A DNA stretch of 64,000 bases from an uncultured Syntrophaceae bacterium (GTDB lineage: Bacteria > Desulfobacterota > Syntrophia > Syntrophales > UBA8958), in contig CAZBME010000015.1 in NCBI GenBank assembly GCA_964492965.1, positions 13,927 to 77,926 on the forward strand, read 5' to 3'. How positions within the stretch are numbered: position 1 is the first letter of the stretch; each line of letters begins with the position of its first letter. The translations under genes and the position numbers were made by a program. Of the stretch, positions 1 to 8,961 are shown piece by piece. Below the pieces are notes generated by a model. The model was not told where the DNA came from. It ran no database searches and saw nothing but the letters and a program-made list of their open reading frames with translations.

Positions 1-57
1 TCGGATTGCCTCGGAATCGCTGATCTTATCGAGGTAGACATGGGTGGTTTTTAAGGG
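1..57 (-). pseudogene. Possible C-terminal remnant of a tyrosine recombinase/integrase (runs off the window edge)
   Basis: Minus strand reads PLKTTHVYLDKISDSEAIR directly after an in-frame TAG (58-60); resembles the TTxxY box-II tail of deltaproteobacterial integrases as recalled from memory. Confidence 0.4.
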
Positions 58-94
58 CTATTAAAGCACCTCATCTTTTGCGGCCAAAATTCAA

Positions 95-123
95 TTGACA
101 CCTAAGACCATTCTTCATATACT
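95..123 (+). promoter_or_regulatory. Sigma70-type promoter upstream of the CDF gene
   Basis: TTGACA (95-100), 17-nt spacer, TATACT (118-123). Confidence 0.7.
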
Positions 124-264
124 CCCATCGTAAAATACAATGTTTTATCAATTATTTAAGCCACTTATTCGGAGACCATAACGACAACCCGGACAAGTAG
201 CATAAGATATTCGATTCCAGAGGGAAATAATCGCCCTAAGGGTATCGGCTTTACGGAGATAAAC

Positions 265-1164
265 ATGGACAGGGAAAAACGTTTTGGAATGGCCGATCAG
301 GTTATCGCCACTGGCTTCTGGGTCAATGCCATATTGATGATCATGAAGCTTATGGCCGGCCATTTCGGAAATTCCGAGGCGGTCTTCGCCGACGGGTTGG
401 AAAGCGCTTGTGATTTCATAGCGATTCTCTCGGCCATCATCGCCCTCAAGATCGGCCGCAAACCCTTCGACGCCAAGCACCCGTATGGACACGGCAAGGC
501 AGAGTGCATCGCCGCCATCATGGTATCGCTGGTTATTTTCACGACAGGCGGCGGAATACTCTTTAAGGCGGTCATGACCATCATTGACCGCGACTATACG
601 GAACCGCAGCTGATAGCCGTCCTTGCCGCCCTGGCAACCATCATCATCAAGGAAATCCTTTTCCGTTATACCCGCAAAGTATCCAAACGAATTGAAAGCC
701 CGGCCGTTGAAGCCATTGCCAAAGATCACCGCAAGGACGCCCTCACCTCCATTGCCACGCTTGTCGGGGTCGGCGGTGCATACTTTGGTTTTGCCCTCAT
801 GGACCCTCTTGCCGCCGGACTCACGGCCTTCTTTATCTTTCATATCGGACTGAAAACTTTCAATGGGGCTTGCCATGACCTCATGGATGGACAACCCCCC
901 TCGGAAACGCTGACGATCATGACCTCCATCGCGGAAAAAGTTCAGGGCGTTGATCAGGTCCACGAGATCCGCGGCCGCCGTTCCGGGCAATACCTGATCA
1001 TTGACCTGAAACTGGAGATGGACCCCGACATGACGGTGAAAAAATCCCACGAAATAGCAACAGAAGTCAAACGGCTGATTTTTGAAAGGTTTTCAAACGT
1101 GGGGGACGTGATGATCCATATCAATCCCCATGAAGAGGACCATGAAGACCTCATTCGCCTCTGA
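265..1164 (+). CDS. Cation diffusion facilitator (CDF) family metal transporter
   Basis: About 6 TM helices, HPYGHGKAE motif, C-terminal cytoplasmic domain ending DVMIHINP; RBS GGAG. Confidence 0.92.
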   Translation: MDREKRFGMADQVIATGFWVNAILMIMKLMAGHFGNSEAVFADGLESACDFIAILSAIIALKIGRKPFDAKHPYGHGKAECIAAIMVSLVIFTTGGGILFKAVMTIIDRDYTEPQLIAVLAALATIIIKEILFRYTRKVSKRIESPAVEAIAKDHRKDALTSIATLVGVGGAYFGFALMDPLAAGLTAFFIFHIGLKTFNGACHDLMDGQPPSETLTIMTSIAEKVQGVDQVHEIRGRRSGQYLIIDLKLEMDPDMTVKKSHEIATEVKRLIFERFSNVGDVMIHINPHEEDHEDLIRL

Positions 1165-1247
1165 TGGTTCAAGGTCTTTAATAGATTCCGGATACGAATC
1201 TCTCCGCCCCGCTGTTTATTATCTCATTCAAACTTGTATAGATTCCG

Positions 1248-1276
1248 TTGACAAGAAGACTTGAGTCGGATAGAAA
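1248..1276 (+). promoter_or_regulatory. Sigma70-type promoter for the ahbC-hemB operon
   Basis: TTGACA (1248-1253), 17 nt, TAGAAA (1271-1276). Confidence 0.55.
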
Positions 1277-1287
1277 TCACTCTGATT

Positions 1288-1328
1288 AAAGGCGTCATTC
1301 CTGTGGGACGGGTATGGCGTTTATTTTT
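1288..1328 (+). promoter_or_regulatory. 5' leader hairpin followed by a T-rich tract (terminator-like or stabilising)
   Basis: GGCGTCAT-T-CCTGT-GGG-ACGGG-T-ATGGCGTT pairs with G-U wobbles, followed by TATTTTT. Confidence 0.4.
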
Positions 1329-1369
1329 CGGTGAGTTAGATTAGGAAGTAACCAGACAGGAATTCAATC

Positions 1370-2548
1370 GTGATAGGCATCTCCAAACTATACTGCGGGG
1401 CCGTGGAACCGGGCGATGTGCTGCGTTACCATCGTGAATCGGGGAAGCTGCCGTCGCATCTGCTCCAGTTTTCTGCAGACAAGAAACCGGTTGTCGTCTG
1501 GAATTCTACCAGACGATGTAACCTGAAGTGCATCCATTGCTACTCCAGTTCCCAGAATATCGATTATCCGGATGAACTGACCACCGCGGAAGCCAAGGCG
1601 ATGATCGATGATCTTGCCGCCTTCGGTTCCCCCGTCCTGCTTTTTTCCGGAGGGGAGCCGCTTCTGCGGCAAGATCTGCCGGAGTTGCTTCAATATGCCG
1701 TCGATCAGCGTATGCGGGCGGTTATTTCGACGAACGGCACCCTCATCACCAAGGCCCAGGCCGCAATTTTCCGGAAGATCGGATTGTCTTATGTGGGAAT
1801 CAGCCTGGACGGCATCGAAAGCACCCACGACCGTTTTCGCGGGACCACCGGCGCATTCAACGCAGCCATGAAGGGACTTCGCAACTGTCAGGATGCGGGC
1901 CTCAAGGTTGGCGTCCGCTTTACCATCAACCGTCACAACGTGGCTGACATCCCGGCGATTTTCGATCTCCTGGAGGCGGAAAGCATCCCCCGGTGCTGCT
2001 TTTACCATCTTGTCTATTCGGGACGGGGATCGAAGCTGGTCGATGAGGACCTGACTCATGAAGAGACGCGGCGGCTGCTCGATCTCTTCATGGACCGGAC
2101 GAAGGACTTCTTCCGCAGAGGCATGGATAAGGAGATCCTCACAGTGGACAATCATGCCGACGGCCCCTATGTCTATATGCGGCTCCTCCGGGAAGATCCG
2201 GCGAGGGCGGCGGAGGTTCTGGAACTCCTGAAAATGAACGAGGGAAACAGCTCGGGAAACGGCATAGGATGTATCAGCTGGGATGGAGAAGTCCATGCGG
2301 ATCAGTTCTGGAGGGGCATCTCATTCGGCAATGTGCGAAAACGGCCCTTCAGCGACATTTGGACAGACCTGGACAACGAGCTGATGGCCCGGCTGAAAGA
2401 CAAGAAGCCCCATGTTAAGGGGCGTTGCGCCACATGCCGCTGGCTTGCCGTTTGCGGCGGCAATTTCCGCACCCGCGCAGAGGCCGTAACCGGCGATATC
2501 TGGGCGCCGGACCCGGCGTGTTATCTCACGGATGAGGAGATAGCTTAG
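1370..2548 (+). CDS. ahbC: 12,18-didecarboxysiroheme deacetylase (Fe-coproporphyrin III synthase), radical SAM/SPASM
   Basis: MIGISKLYCG N-terminus typical of AhbC/NirJ1, CNLKCIHC radical SAM motif, SPASM cysteines, next to hemB. Confidence 0.92.
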   Translation: MIGISKLYCGAVEPGDVLRYHRESGKLPSHLLQFSADKKPVVVWNSTRRCNLKCIHCYSSSQNIDYPDELTTAEAKAMIDDLAAFGSPVLLFSGGEPLLRQDLPELLQYAVDQRMRAVISTNGTLITKAQAAIFRKIGLSYVGISLDGIESTHDRFRGTTGAFNAAMKGLRNCQDAGLKVGVRFTINRHNVADIPAIFDLLEAESIPRCCFYHLVYSGRGSKLVDEDLTHEETRRLLDLFMDRTKDFFRRGMDKEILTVDNHADGPYVYMRLLREDPARAAEVLELLKMNEGNSSGNGIGCISWDGEVHADQFWRGISFGNVRKRPFSDIWTDLDNELMARLKDKKPHVKGRCATCRWLAVCGGNFRTRAEAVTGDIWAPDPACYLTDEEIA

Positions 2549-2564
2549 GTTCAAATAACGCAGT

Positions 2565-2595
2565 GGGTAGATGCACTTCGCTTCATCCACCCGAC
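2565..2595 (-). repeat. REP-like palindrome
   Basis: GGGTAGATG...CATCCACCC inverted repeat; minus strand reads GTCGGGTGGATGAAGCGAAGTGCATCTACCC, like GTAG-type REPs. Confidence 0.45.
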
Positions 2596-2675
2596 ATAGA
2601 TGTAAAAAATGATGTTACCTGTTACCGGCAACTTTGAACTCGAAACTCGGAATGAAACTGAAGGAGGAGGCATTT

Positions 2676-3650
2676 ATGCAATTTCCAGAATACAGACCCA
2701 GAAGATTAAGAAAAAATGATCATTTTAGAAGGATGATCCGGGAGACAACCCTCTCGGTAAACGACTTTATTTATCCTCTCTTTATCGTACCGGGGAAGGG
2801 CGTGAAGAAACCCATCGGATCCATGCCGGGGATTTTTCAGATGTCCATAGACAACATCGTGAAAGAAACCGCCAGCACAAAGGACCTGGGTATCCCGGCC
2901 GTGCTGCTGTTCGGAATCCCCGACAAAAAGGACGAACTGGCCACCGGGGCCTTCATCAAGGACGGCATTGTCCAGAAGGCTATCCGCGAAATCAAGCAGA
3001 AGGTGCCGGATATACTGGTCGTTACCGATGTATGTCTGTGCGAATATACGAGTCATGGCCATTGCGGCATGATTGAAAAGGGCGATGTCGTTAACGATTC
3101 AACGCTGGATGTCCTGGCGGAAACTGCCGTATCCCATGCCCGTGCAGGTGCGGACATGGTGGCGCCATCGGGGATGATGGACGGACAGGTCGGGGCCATT
3201 CGCGAAGGGCTTGATGAAGCTGGGTTTGATGGCATTCCCGTCATGGGATACAGCGCCAAATACGCCTCCTGCTTTTACGGCCCCTTCCGGGAAGCGGCGG
3301 AATCCACCCCGCAGTTCGGCGACCGCAGATCATACCAGATGGATGCCGCCAACAGCGACGAAGCCATGCGGGAGATCACTCTCGATGTGGCAGAAGGGGC
3401 GGACATTATCATGGTGAAGCCGGCCCTGCCTTACCTCGATGTCATCCGGCGGGCCAAGGAGGAATTTGACCTGCCTCTGGCTGCTTATAATGTCAGCGGA
3501 GAATATTCCATGATCAAAGCGGCGGCCCAGATGGGCTGGCTGGACGGAGAACGGGCCATGATGGAGGCCCTGACCGCCATCAAACGGGCGGGAGCGGATA
3601 TCATCATCACCTATTTTGCCCAGGAAGCGGCAAAGGTTTTAAGAAAATAG
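2676..3650 (+). CDS. hemB: Porphobilinogen synthase (ALA dehydratase)
   Basis: RPRRLR start, [14 protein letters not shown] Zn site, [20 protein letters not shown]; ATG 2676 after AGGAGGAGG. Confidence 0.97.
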   Translation: MQFPEYRPRRLRKNDHFRRMIRETTLSVNDFIYPLFIVPGKGVKKPIGSMPGIFQMSIDNIVKETASTKDLGIPAVLLFGIPDKKDELATGAFIKDGIVQKAIREIKQKVPDILVVTDVCLCEYTSHGHCGMIEKGDVVNDSTLDVLAETAVSHARAGADMVAPSGMMDGQVGAIREGLDEAGFDGIPVMGYSAKYASCFYGPFREAAESTPQFGDRRSYQMDAANSDEAMREITLDVAEGADIIMVKPALPYLDVIRRAKEEFDLPLAAYNVSGEYSMIKAAAQMGWLDGERAMMEALTAIKRAGADIIITYFAQEAAKVLRK

Positions 3651-3672
3651 TGCCCGGAACGACTGATGTGGA

Positions 3673-3966
3673 ATGGAGTGCCGGTTAGTGAGTGATATTG
3701 AGCAAAAAGAGGCTGCTGACCATGCGGAGGAGACGGGGAACCATAAGAAGCTGTGGAAGTTTTTTCGGATCATATCGATTATCTTCCTGATTCTTTGGGT
3801 CGTTTATTTTCTTTACCTGGTCATAGACCCCAAGAATTTGCATCCCGAATACCGCCTCCATGTAGGGTCAACATTACTTCGTTCCTTTATTCAGTTGCTC
3901 AAGTGGTTTGTGGCCGTTGCCCTCATCTATGTTGTCTTGTACACCCAGGTTCTTCGGAAAAAATGA
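3673..3966 (+). CDS. Hypothetical two-TM membrane protein
   Basis: 97-aa ORF filling the hemB-ahbD gap with two hydrophobic helices; start uncertain. Confidence 0.55.
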   Translation: MECRLVSDIEQKEAADHAEETGNHKKLWKFFRIISIIFLILWVVYFLYLVIDPKNLHPEYRLHVGSTLLRSFIQLLKWFVAVALIYVVLYTQVLRKK

Positions 3967-3994
3967 GAGGCATGATGCAGGAAAAAGAGAACCT

Positions 3995-5095
3995 ATGGAT
4001 GACGGAAAAGTGATTAGGGAATCTTCTCATATATTGCCTTCAACCCTGCGCATGGTGGCCTGGGAAGTGACGCGGAGCTGCAACCTGGCCTGTGTCCATT
4101 GCCGGGCGTCGTCGATCCTGGGGCCTTACAACGGGGAGCTGAATACGGCGGCCTGCCGGAAGCTCATCGATGGCATGGCGGCCTTCAGCCAACCCGTGGT
4201 GATCCTCACAGGGGGCGAGCCTCTCCTGCGTGAGGACATCTTCGAAATCGCCTCTTATGGAACCGGCAAGGGCCTGCGGATGGTCATGGCAACCAATGGG
4301 ACGCTGGTTTCGGAAGAAATCGTCCGGCGCATGATCGAATCCGGCATCAAGCGGGTGAGTGTGAGTATCGACGGCGCCGATGCCGGGAGCCACGATCGAT
4401 TCCGCCGTGTTCCCGGGGCCTTTGACGGTTCCATGCGGGGCATCGAGGCGATGAAGAAGGCGGGGATGGAATTCCAGATTAACACGACGATTACGCAGGC
4501 CAACCTGGGTCAAATGAGCGCCATCCACGATCTGGCGCTCCGTATCGGGGCGGCGGCCCATCATATTTTCCTCCTCGTGCCGACTGGCCGAGGCAAACAG
4601 ATGGCTGATCAGGCCATATCCCCCGGCGATTACGAAGAGACGCTGGAGTGGTTTTACGAGCAAAGCATCGCCTGCCCTATTCAACTCAAGGCGACGTGCG
4701 CACCCCATTACTATCGCATACTCCGGCAGAAGGGGAAAGGACGGCCATTGTCGGAAAGCAAGGCCGGATCCGCTGCCGGTCATCCCCTGAACGCTATGAC
4801 GCGGGGCTGTCTGGGCGGAAGCTCATTCTGCTTCATTTCCCATACCGGTCAGGTGCAGCCCTGCGGTTATCTGGAAATTGACTGCGGCCAGATCAAGGAA
4901 AAAGGATTTGAGGACATCTGGAAAGAATCGAAGGTGTTCAGCGAATTGCGCAATCTCGGCCGCTACAAGGGGAAGTGCGGACGCTGTGAATTTATCAAGG
5001 TCTGTGGCGGGTGCCGGGCGCGGGCCTACGAAGTGACAGGCGACTATTTGGCGGAAGAGCCTTTTTGTATCTATGAACCCGCCAGAAGTATTTGA
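3995..5095 (+). CDS. ahbD: AdoMet-dependent haem b synthase, radical SAM/SPASM
   Basis: VAWEVTRSCNLACVHC, FLLVPTGRG, KATCAPHYYR, RGCLGG, CGGCRARA; start moved to ATG 3995. Confidence 0.92.
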   Translation: MDDGKVIRESSHILPSTLRMVAWEVTRSCNLACVHCRASSILGPYNGELNTAACRKLIDGMAAFSQPVVILTGGEPLLREDIFEIASYGTGKGLRMVMATNGTLVSEEIVRRMIESGIKRVSVSIDGADAGSHDRFRRVPGAFDGSMRGIEAMKKAGMEFQINTTITQANLGQMSAIHDLALRIGAAAHHIFLLVPTGRGKQMADQAISPGDYEETLEWFYEQSIACPIQLKATCAPHYYRILRQKGKGRPLSESKAGSAAGHPLNAMTRGCLGGSSFCFISHTGQVQPCGYLEIDCGQIKEKGFEDIWKESKVFSELRNLGRYKGKCGRCEFIKVCGGCRARAYEVTGDYLAEEPFCIYEPARSI

Positions 5096-5117
5096 ATAAA
5101 CATAGAAAAACAGGAGG

Positions 5118-5678
5118 TTGGCTTTGGCGAAGATGATCCGGATTGCGTCGGCGGGTTTGTTGATCATGTTTATCCTGGCGGGGTTTGTTTGGGGACAGGG
5201 GAAGTTGTTCGATAAACTGGATAAAAACAAAGATGGCCGCCTGGACTTAAAAGAGATCAACGAAGCGGCCGAGACCCTTTTCAAACAATACGACCGGAAT
5301 GGTGACGGCAGCCTGAGTGCATCGGAGTTTTATAAAATCAAAGACGCCAAGTCGTCCTTTGAATCGCTGGATACGGGGAAAGACGGCAAGATTAATGCCG
5401 AAGAACTGAAACGGGCCGCGGAAAAAAGATTCAGGCAATGCGACAAGAATGGCGACGGATACCTTGACGAGGCGGAGCTTGATGCCTGTGTGTCCAGAGG
5501 AGCACAGGAGGGAAGCCCGGCATGGGAACAGGAAAGGACAGACCGTGTCCGCATCTTCGATCGCACCGAGAGATGGTCTTTGCAGAAACAGGAGCAGGCC
5601 ATCCGGGATATTCACATGGATCCCGTAGATCCCAAATATAAACCTGAATTAGCCCCCATGGTTTCGGTTTTTTTCTAA
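5118..5678 (+). CDS. Secreted EF-hand (calmodulin-like) calcium-binding protein
   Basis: Signal-peptide-like N-terminus and four DxxxDGxLxxxE-type loops (DKNKDGRLDLKE, DRNGDGSLSASE, DTGKDGKINAEE, DKNGDGYLDEAE); start may be 5124 or 5133. Confidence 0.85.
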   Translation: MALAKMIRIASAGLLIMFILAGFVWGQGKLFDKLDKNKDGRLDLKEINEAAETLFKQYDRNGDGSLSASEFYKIKDAKSSFESLDTGKDGKINAEELKRAAEKRFRQCDKNGDGYLDEAELDACVSRGAQEGSPAWEQERTDRVRIFDRTERWSLQKQEQAIRDIHMDPVDPKYKPELAPMVSVFF

Positions 5679-5679
5679 G

Positions 5680-6132
5680 ATGATTATGGACGAGATCGAC
5701 AAACGCATTCTGAATATTCTCCAGAAGGAATTCCCCATTGTCCCTGAGCCTTTTGCCGCGGTAGCCGCGATGGTGGCCATCGGGGAGGAGGAGGTCCTGG
5801 AGCGTGTCGTCAGGATGAAGGATGATGGCCTGATCCGGAGAATCGGCGCCATTTTCGAGAGCCGGAAAGTGGGTTATGTGAGCGCCCTGTGCGCCGCCCG
5901 GGTTTCCGATGAAAAGACGGCAGCCTTTGTCGAAATCGTCAATGCCTACAAGGGCGTGACACACAACTACCGGCGAAACAATGCTTATAACATCTGGTTT
6001 ACCTTTATCGCCCCCACGGAAGAGCATCTGCAGACGTATCTGACGGAGATCCGTGAGAAGACAGGCGTTGAGGATATCTTGTGTATGAGGGCTAAGCGAA
6101 CGTTTAAGGTTAATGCACAGTTCGAAGTATGA
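5680..6132 (+). CDS. ahbA: Siroheme decarboxylase alpha subunit (AsnC-like fold)
   Basis: LQKEFPIVPEPF, IRRIGAIF, VTHNYRR, YNIWFT motifs; position in the ahb cluster. Confidence 0.85.
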   Translation: MIMDEIDKRILNILQKEFPIVPEPFAAVAAMVAIGEEEVLERVVRMKDDGLIRRIGAIFESRKVGYVSALCAARVSDEKTAAFVEIVNAYKGVTHNYRRNNAYNIWFTFIAPTEEHLQTYLTEIREKTGVEDILCMRAKRTFKVNAQFEV

Positions 6133-6204
6133 AACGCCAAGCCCCAGGGTTGAAGTGTTATGATTTAACGGTTCCTCGTACACTAAAATCTGAATGGAAT
6201 ATTA

Positions 6205-8886
6205 ATGGAAGAAACGAAAATATCGACGATATATCTTGTGGATGGCAGCAATTATCTTTTCCGGGCCTTTTATGCCATCCGGGAATTGTCCAATTCCAAA
6301 GGCTTCCCCACCAATGCCATCTACGGGTTTACGATGATGCTTCTGAAACTCCTGCGAGAGAGCGATCCGGAGTACATCGTCGTAGCCTTCGACGTCAAAG
6401 GGCCCACATTTCGCCACGACGCCTACGAGGGCTACAAGGCAACCCGCAAGGCCATCCCCGAGGCCATCATCCCCCAGATTCCCTATGTGAAGGAAATCGT
6501 CCGGGGTCTGGGCATCACGATCCTGGAACAATCAGGCATCGAGGCCGATGATATTATCGGAACTTTGGCCAAGACCTGTTCCGACCACGGGATGCGGGTC
6601 GTCATGGCGTCGGGCGACAAGGATCTGATGCAGCTTGTTTCTGATAAGGTTGTCCTCGTCGATACGATGAAAGACAAGCGCTATGATGTGGCGGCTGTCA
6701 AGGAGCGTTTCGGGGTTGAGCCGTCACAGGTCGTCGATATTCTTGCCCTGGCGGGGGATGCTTCAGACAACATCCCAGGTGTACCGGGTATCGGGCCAAA
6801 GGGCGCCGAGCGGCTCATCCAGGAGTTTGGAAGCGTTGAAAACGTCCTCAGCAATATCGAAAAGATCAAGAATGCCCGGGCCAAGGTCGCCATTTCCGCA
6901 CATATCGATCAAGCCAGGATGTGCCTCAATCTGGCCCGGATTCGTCTCGATGCCGACATTCCTTTCTTGATTGAAGACAGCCGCCGTCAATCCCCCGACC
7001 TGGATGTGCTGAAAAGATTATTCGGTGAATTCGAATTTTCCTCCCTTCTCCAGGACCTGAAGATCAAGGATGAGGTTTTGACGGGCGATTATCGTATGAT
7101 CTGCGATGAGGCATCCCTCCGGACCTGTCTGGAAAAAATCGGAAAAACACATGCGGTGGCGCTGGATCTCGTATTGACGTCCCAGGAGTCCATGCGGGCG
7201 GAGATGGTCGGCGTGGCCCTGTGCACCACCTCCGGGGAGGCCGGCTACATTCCCCTGAGCCCGGTTCACCGGGATAGCGTCGCCACACTTTTGTCTGATG
7301 AGGCCTGGGAGGCTCTGGCGCCTATCCTGGCTGATGAAAAGATCGCCAAATACGGTCATGACCTCAAAACGATTGCAGTCGTCCTGGAACGGAAGGGGAT
7401 GACGCTACGAGGGCTCGCCTGCGATACGCTGCTGGCGGCCTATGTTTTAAACCCTTCCCGTCACAGTCTTGAGCTCTCCGATATTCTTCGGGATTATGCC
7501 GGCCGCGGGATTGCCTCCCTGAAGGACATAGCCGCAACCGGTTCAAAGGCGCTGCCGCCGGAAATGGTCCCCTTGGAAAAGATGACGACTTATGCCTGCG
7601 GGCGGGTTGATGCCATCTTCAATCTCGTTGGCCATCTTCTGCCGTCCCTGAAAAAAGACGGTCTGGACGGCCTCCTGAATGACCTGGAAATGCCCCTCCT
7701 GCCCGTTCTGGCGAACATGGAACAACACGGGGTCCTTCTGGACCTCGATCTTCTGAAAATAATGTCCCTTGAACTCCGGCAATTAATGGACCTGTCTGCG
7801 GAAAAAATATACAGTTTGGCGGGTGAGCGGTTTAACATCAATTCATCAAAACAACTGCAGGTGATCCTCTTTGAAAAGATGCGTCTGCCCCGGGGCCGTA
7901 AAACCAAAGAGGGATATTCCACGGATGTGGATGTCCTTACCCAGCTGGCCAGAAGCCACGAACTGCCCGGCGAGATCCTGTCCTACAGGAGTCTGGCGAA
8001 GCTCAAATCCACATACATCGACGCCCTGCCCCTTCTCGTGCATCCGGAGACGGGCCGGGTCCATACCTCCTATAATCAGGCCGTGACAGCCACCGGGCGG
8101 CTTTCGAGCAGCAACCCGAATCTCCAGAACATCCCCGTGCGTACCCTGGAGGGAAAGCGCATCCGCCAAGCCTTCATCGCCTCACGGGATAGCCGGATTG
8201 TTTCAGCGGATTATTCCCAGATTGAACTCAGGGTGCTGGCCCATCTGTCGGAGGATGAGACCCTCCTTTCGGCCTTTGCCTCGGGGGAGGATATCCACAG
8301 CCGGACAGCCTCCAATATCTTCGGTGTTTTCCCGGAAATGGTCAATGAAAGCATGCGTCGCCAGGCCAAGGTGATCAATTTCGGCGTCCTTTACGGCATG
8401 AGTGCCTTCGGCCTTGCCAAGGAGCTTGACATCTCCCAGAAGCTGGCGCAGGCCTATATCGATGAGTATTTTCAGAAGCACGCGGGTGTGCGGACCTATC
8501 TGGATAAGATCCTTTGCCGGGCGCGAAAGGATGGCTACGTAACGACGATTTTGAACCGCAGGCGTTATCTGCCGGAAATGAATGCCGATAATATCAATGT
8601 CCGTCAGTTTGCCGAAAGGATGGCTGTCAACACGCCGATTCAGGGCACAGCGGCGGACCTTATCAAAATGGCCATGATTCATATTGACCGACGCCTCAAA
8701 GAACAAAAGCTGGAGGCCCGCATGATTATGCAGGTCCACGATGAGCTTGTTTTTGAGGTTCCTGAGGGAGAAACGGCTGCCGTCATGGACATGGTCCGGG
8801 AAGAAATGGAAGGCATCATTGCCCTTCGCGTTCCCTTGAAGGTGGATATCGGTTGTGGTAAGAATTGGGATGAAGCCCATGGTTGA
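6205..8886 (+). CDS. polA: DNA polymerase I
   Basis: 5'-3' exonuclease (DGSNYLFRAFYA, EADD), TGRLSSSNPNLQNIP, DYSQIELR, QVHDELVF. Confidence 0.98.
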   Translation: MEETKISTIYLVDGSNYLFRAFYAIRELSNSKGFPTNAIYGFTMMLLKLLRESDPEYIVVAFDVKGPTFRHDAYEGYKATRKAIPEAIIPQIPYVKEIVRGLGITILEQSGIEADDIIGTLAKTCSDHGMRVVMASGDKDLMQLVSDKVVLVDTMKDKRYDVAAVKERFGVEPSQVVDILALAGDASDNIPGVPGIGPKGAERLIQEFGSVENVLSNIEKIKNARAKVAISAHIDQARMCLNLARIRLDADIPFLIEDSRRQSPDLDVLKRLFGEFEFSSLLQDLKIKDEVLTGDYRMICDEASLRTCLEKIGKTHAVALDLVLTSQESMRAEMVGVALCTTSGEAGYIPLSPVHRDSVATLLSDEAWEALAPILADEKIAKYGHDLKTIAVVLERKGMTLRGLACDTLLAAYVLNPSRHSLELSDILRDYAGRGIASLKDIAATGSKALPPEMVPLEKMTTYACGRVDAIFNLVGHLLPSLKKDGLDGLLNDLEMPLLPVLANMEQHGVLLDLDLLKIMSLELRQLMDLSAEKIYSLAGERFNINSSKQLQVILFEKMRLPRGRKTKEGYSTDVDVLTQLARSHELPGEILSYRSLAKLKSTYIDALPLLVHPETGRVHTSYNQAVTATGRLSSSNPNLQNIPVRTLEGKRIRQAFIASRDSRIVSADYSQIELRVLAHLSEDETLLSAFASGEDIHSRTASNIFGVFPEMVNESMRRQAKVINFGVLYGMSAFGLAKELDISQKLAQAYIDEYFQKHAGVRTYLDKILCRARKDGYVTTILNRRRYLPEMNADNINVRQFAERMAVNTPIQGTAADLIKMAMIHIDRRLKEQKLEARMIMQVHDELVFEVPEGETAAVMDMVREEMEGIIALRVPLKVDIGCGKNWDEAHG

Positions 8887-8961
8887 CAGTTCCATGAAAA
8901 GCCGGCGATACGGGGTTGCGCTTTACCCTTCATCATGAATACTTATTGGATAGGACCCTCT

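Noticed and set aside
124-264. Possible metal riboswitch (yybP-ykoY or NiCo) in the 140-nt CDF leader
   Set aside because: GGAGACC and AGTAGC fragments are in the wrong order for yybP-ykoY and no NiCo consensus is visible; an Rfam scan would be needed
265-1164. CDF as magnetosome MamB/MamM
   Set aside because: No other mam genes in the window; generic CDF features explain it
1370-6132. ahbB missing from the ahb cluster
   Set aside because: ahbB is also encoded separately in Desulfovibrio-type genomes, so this is expected
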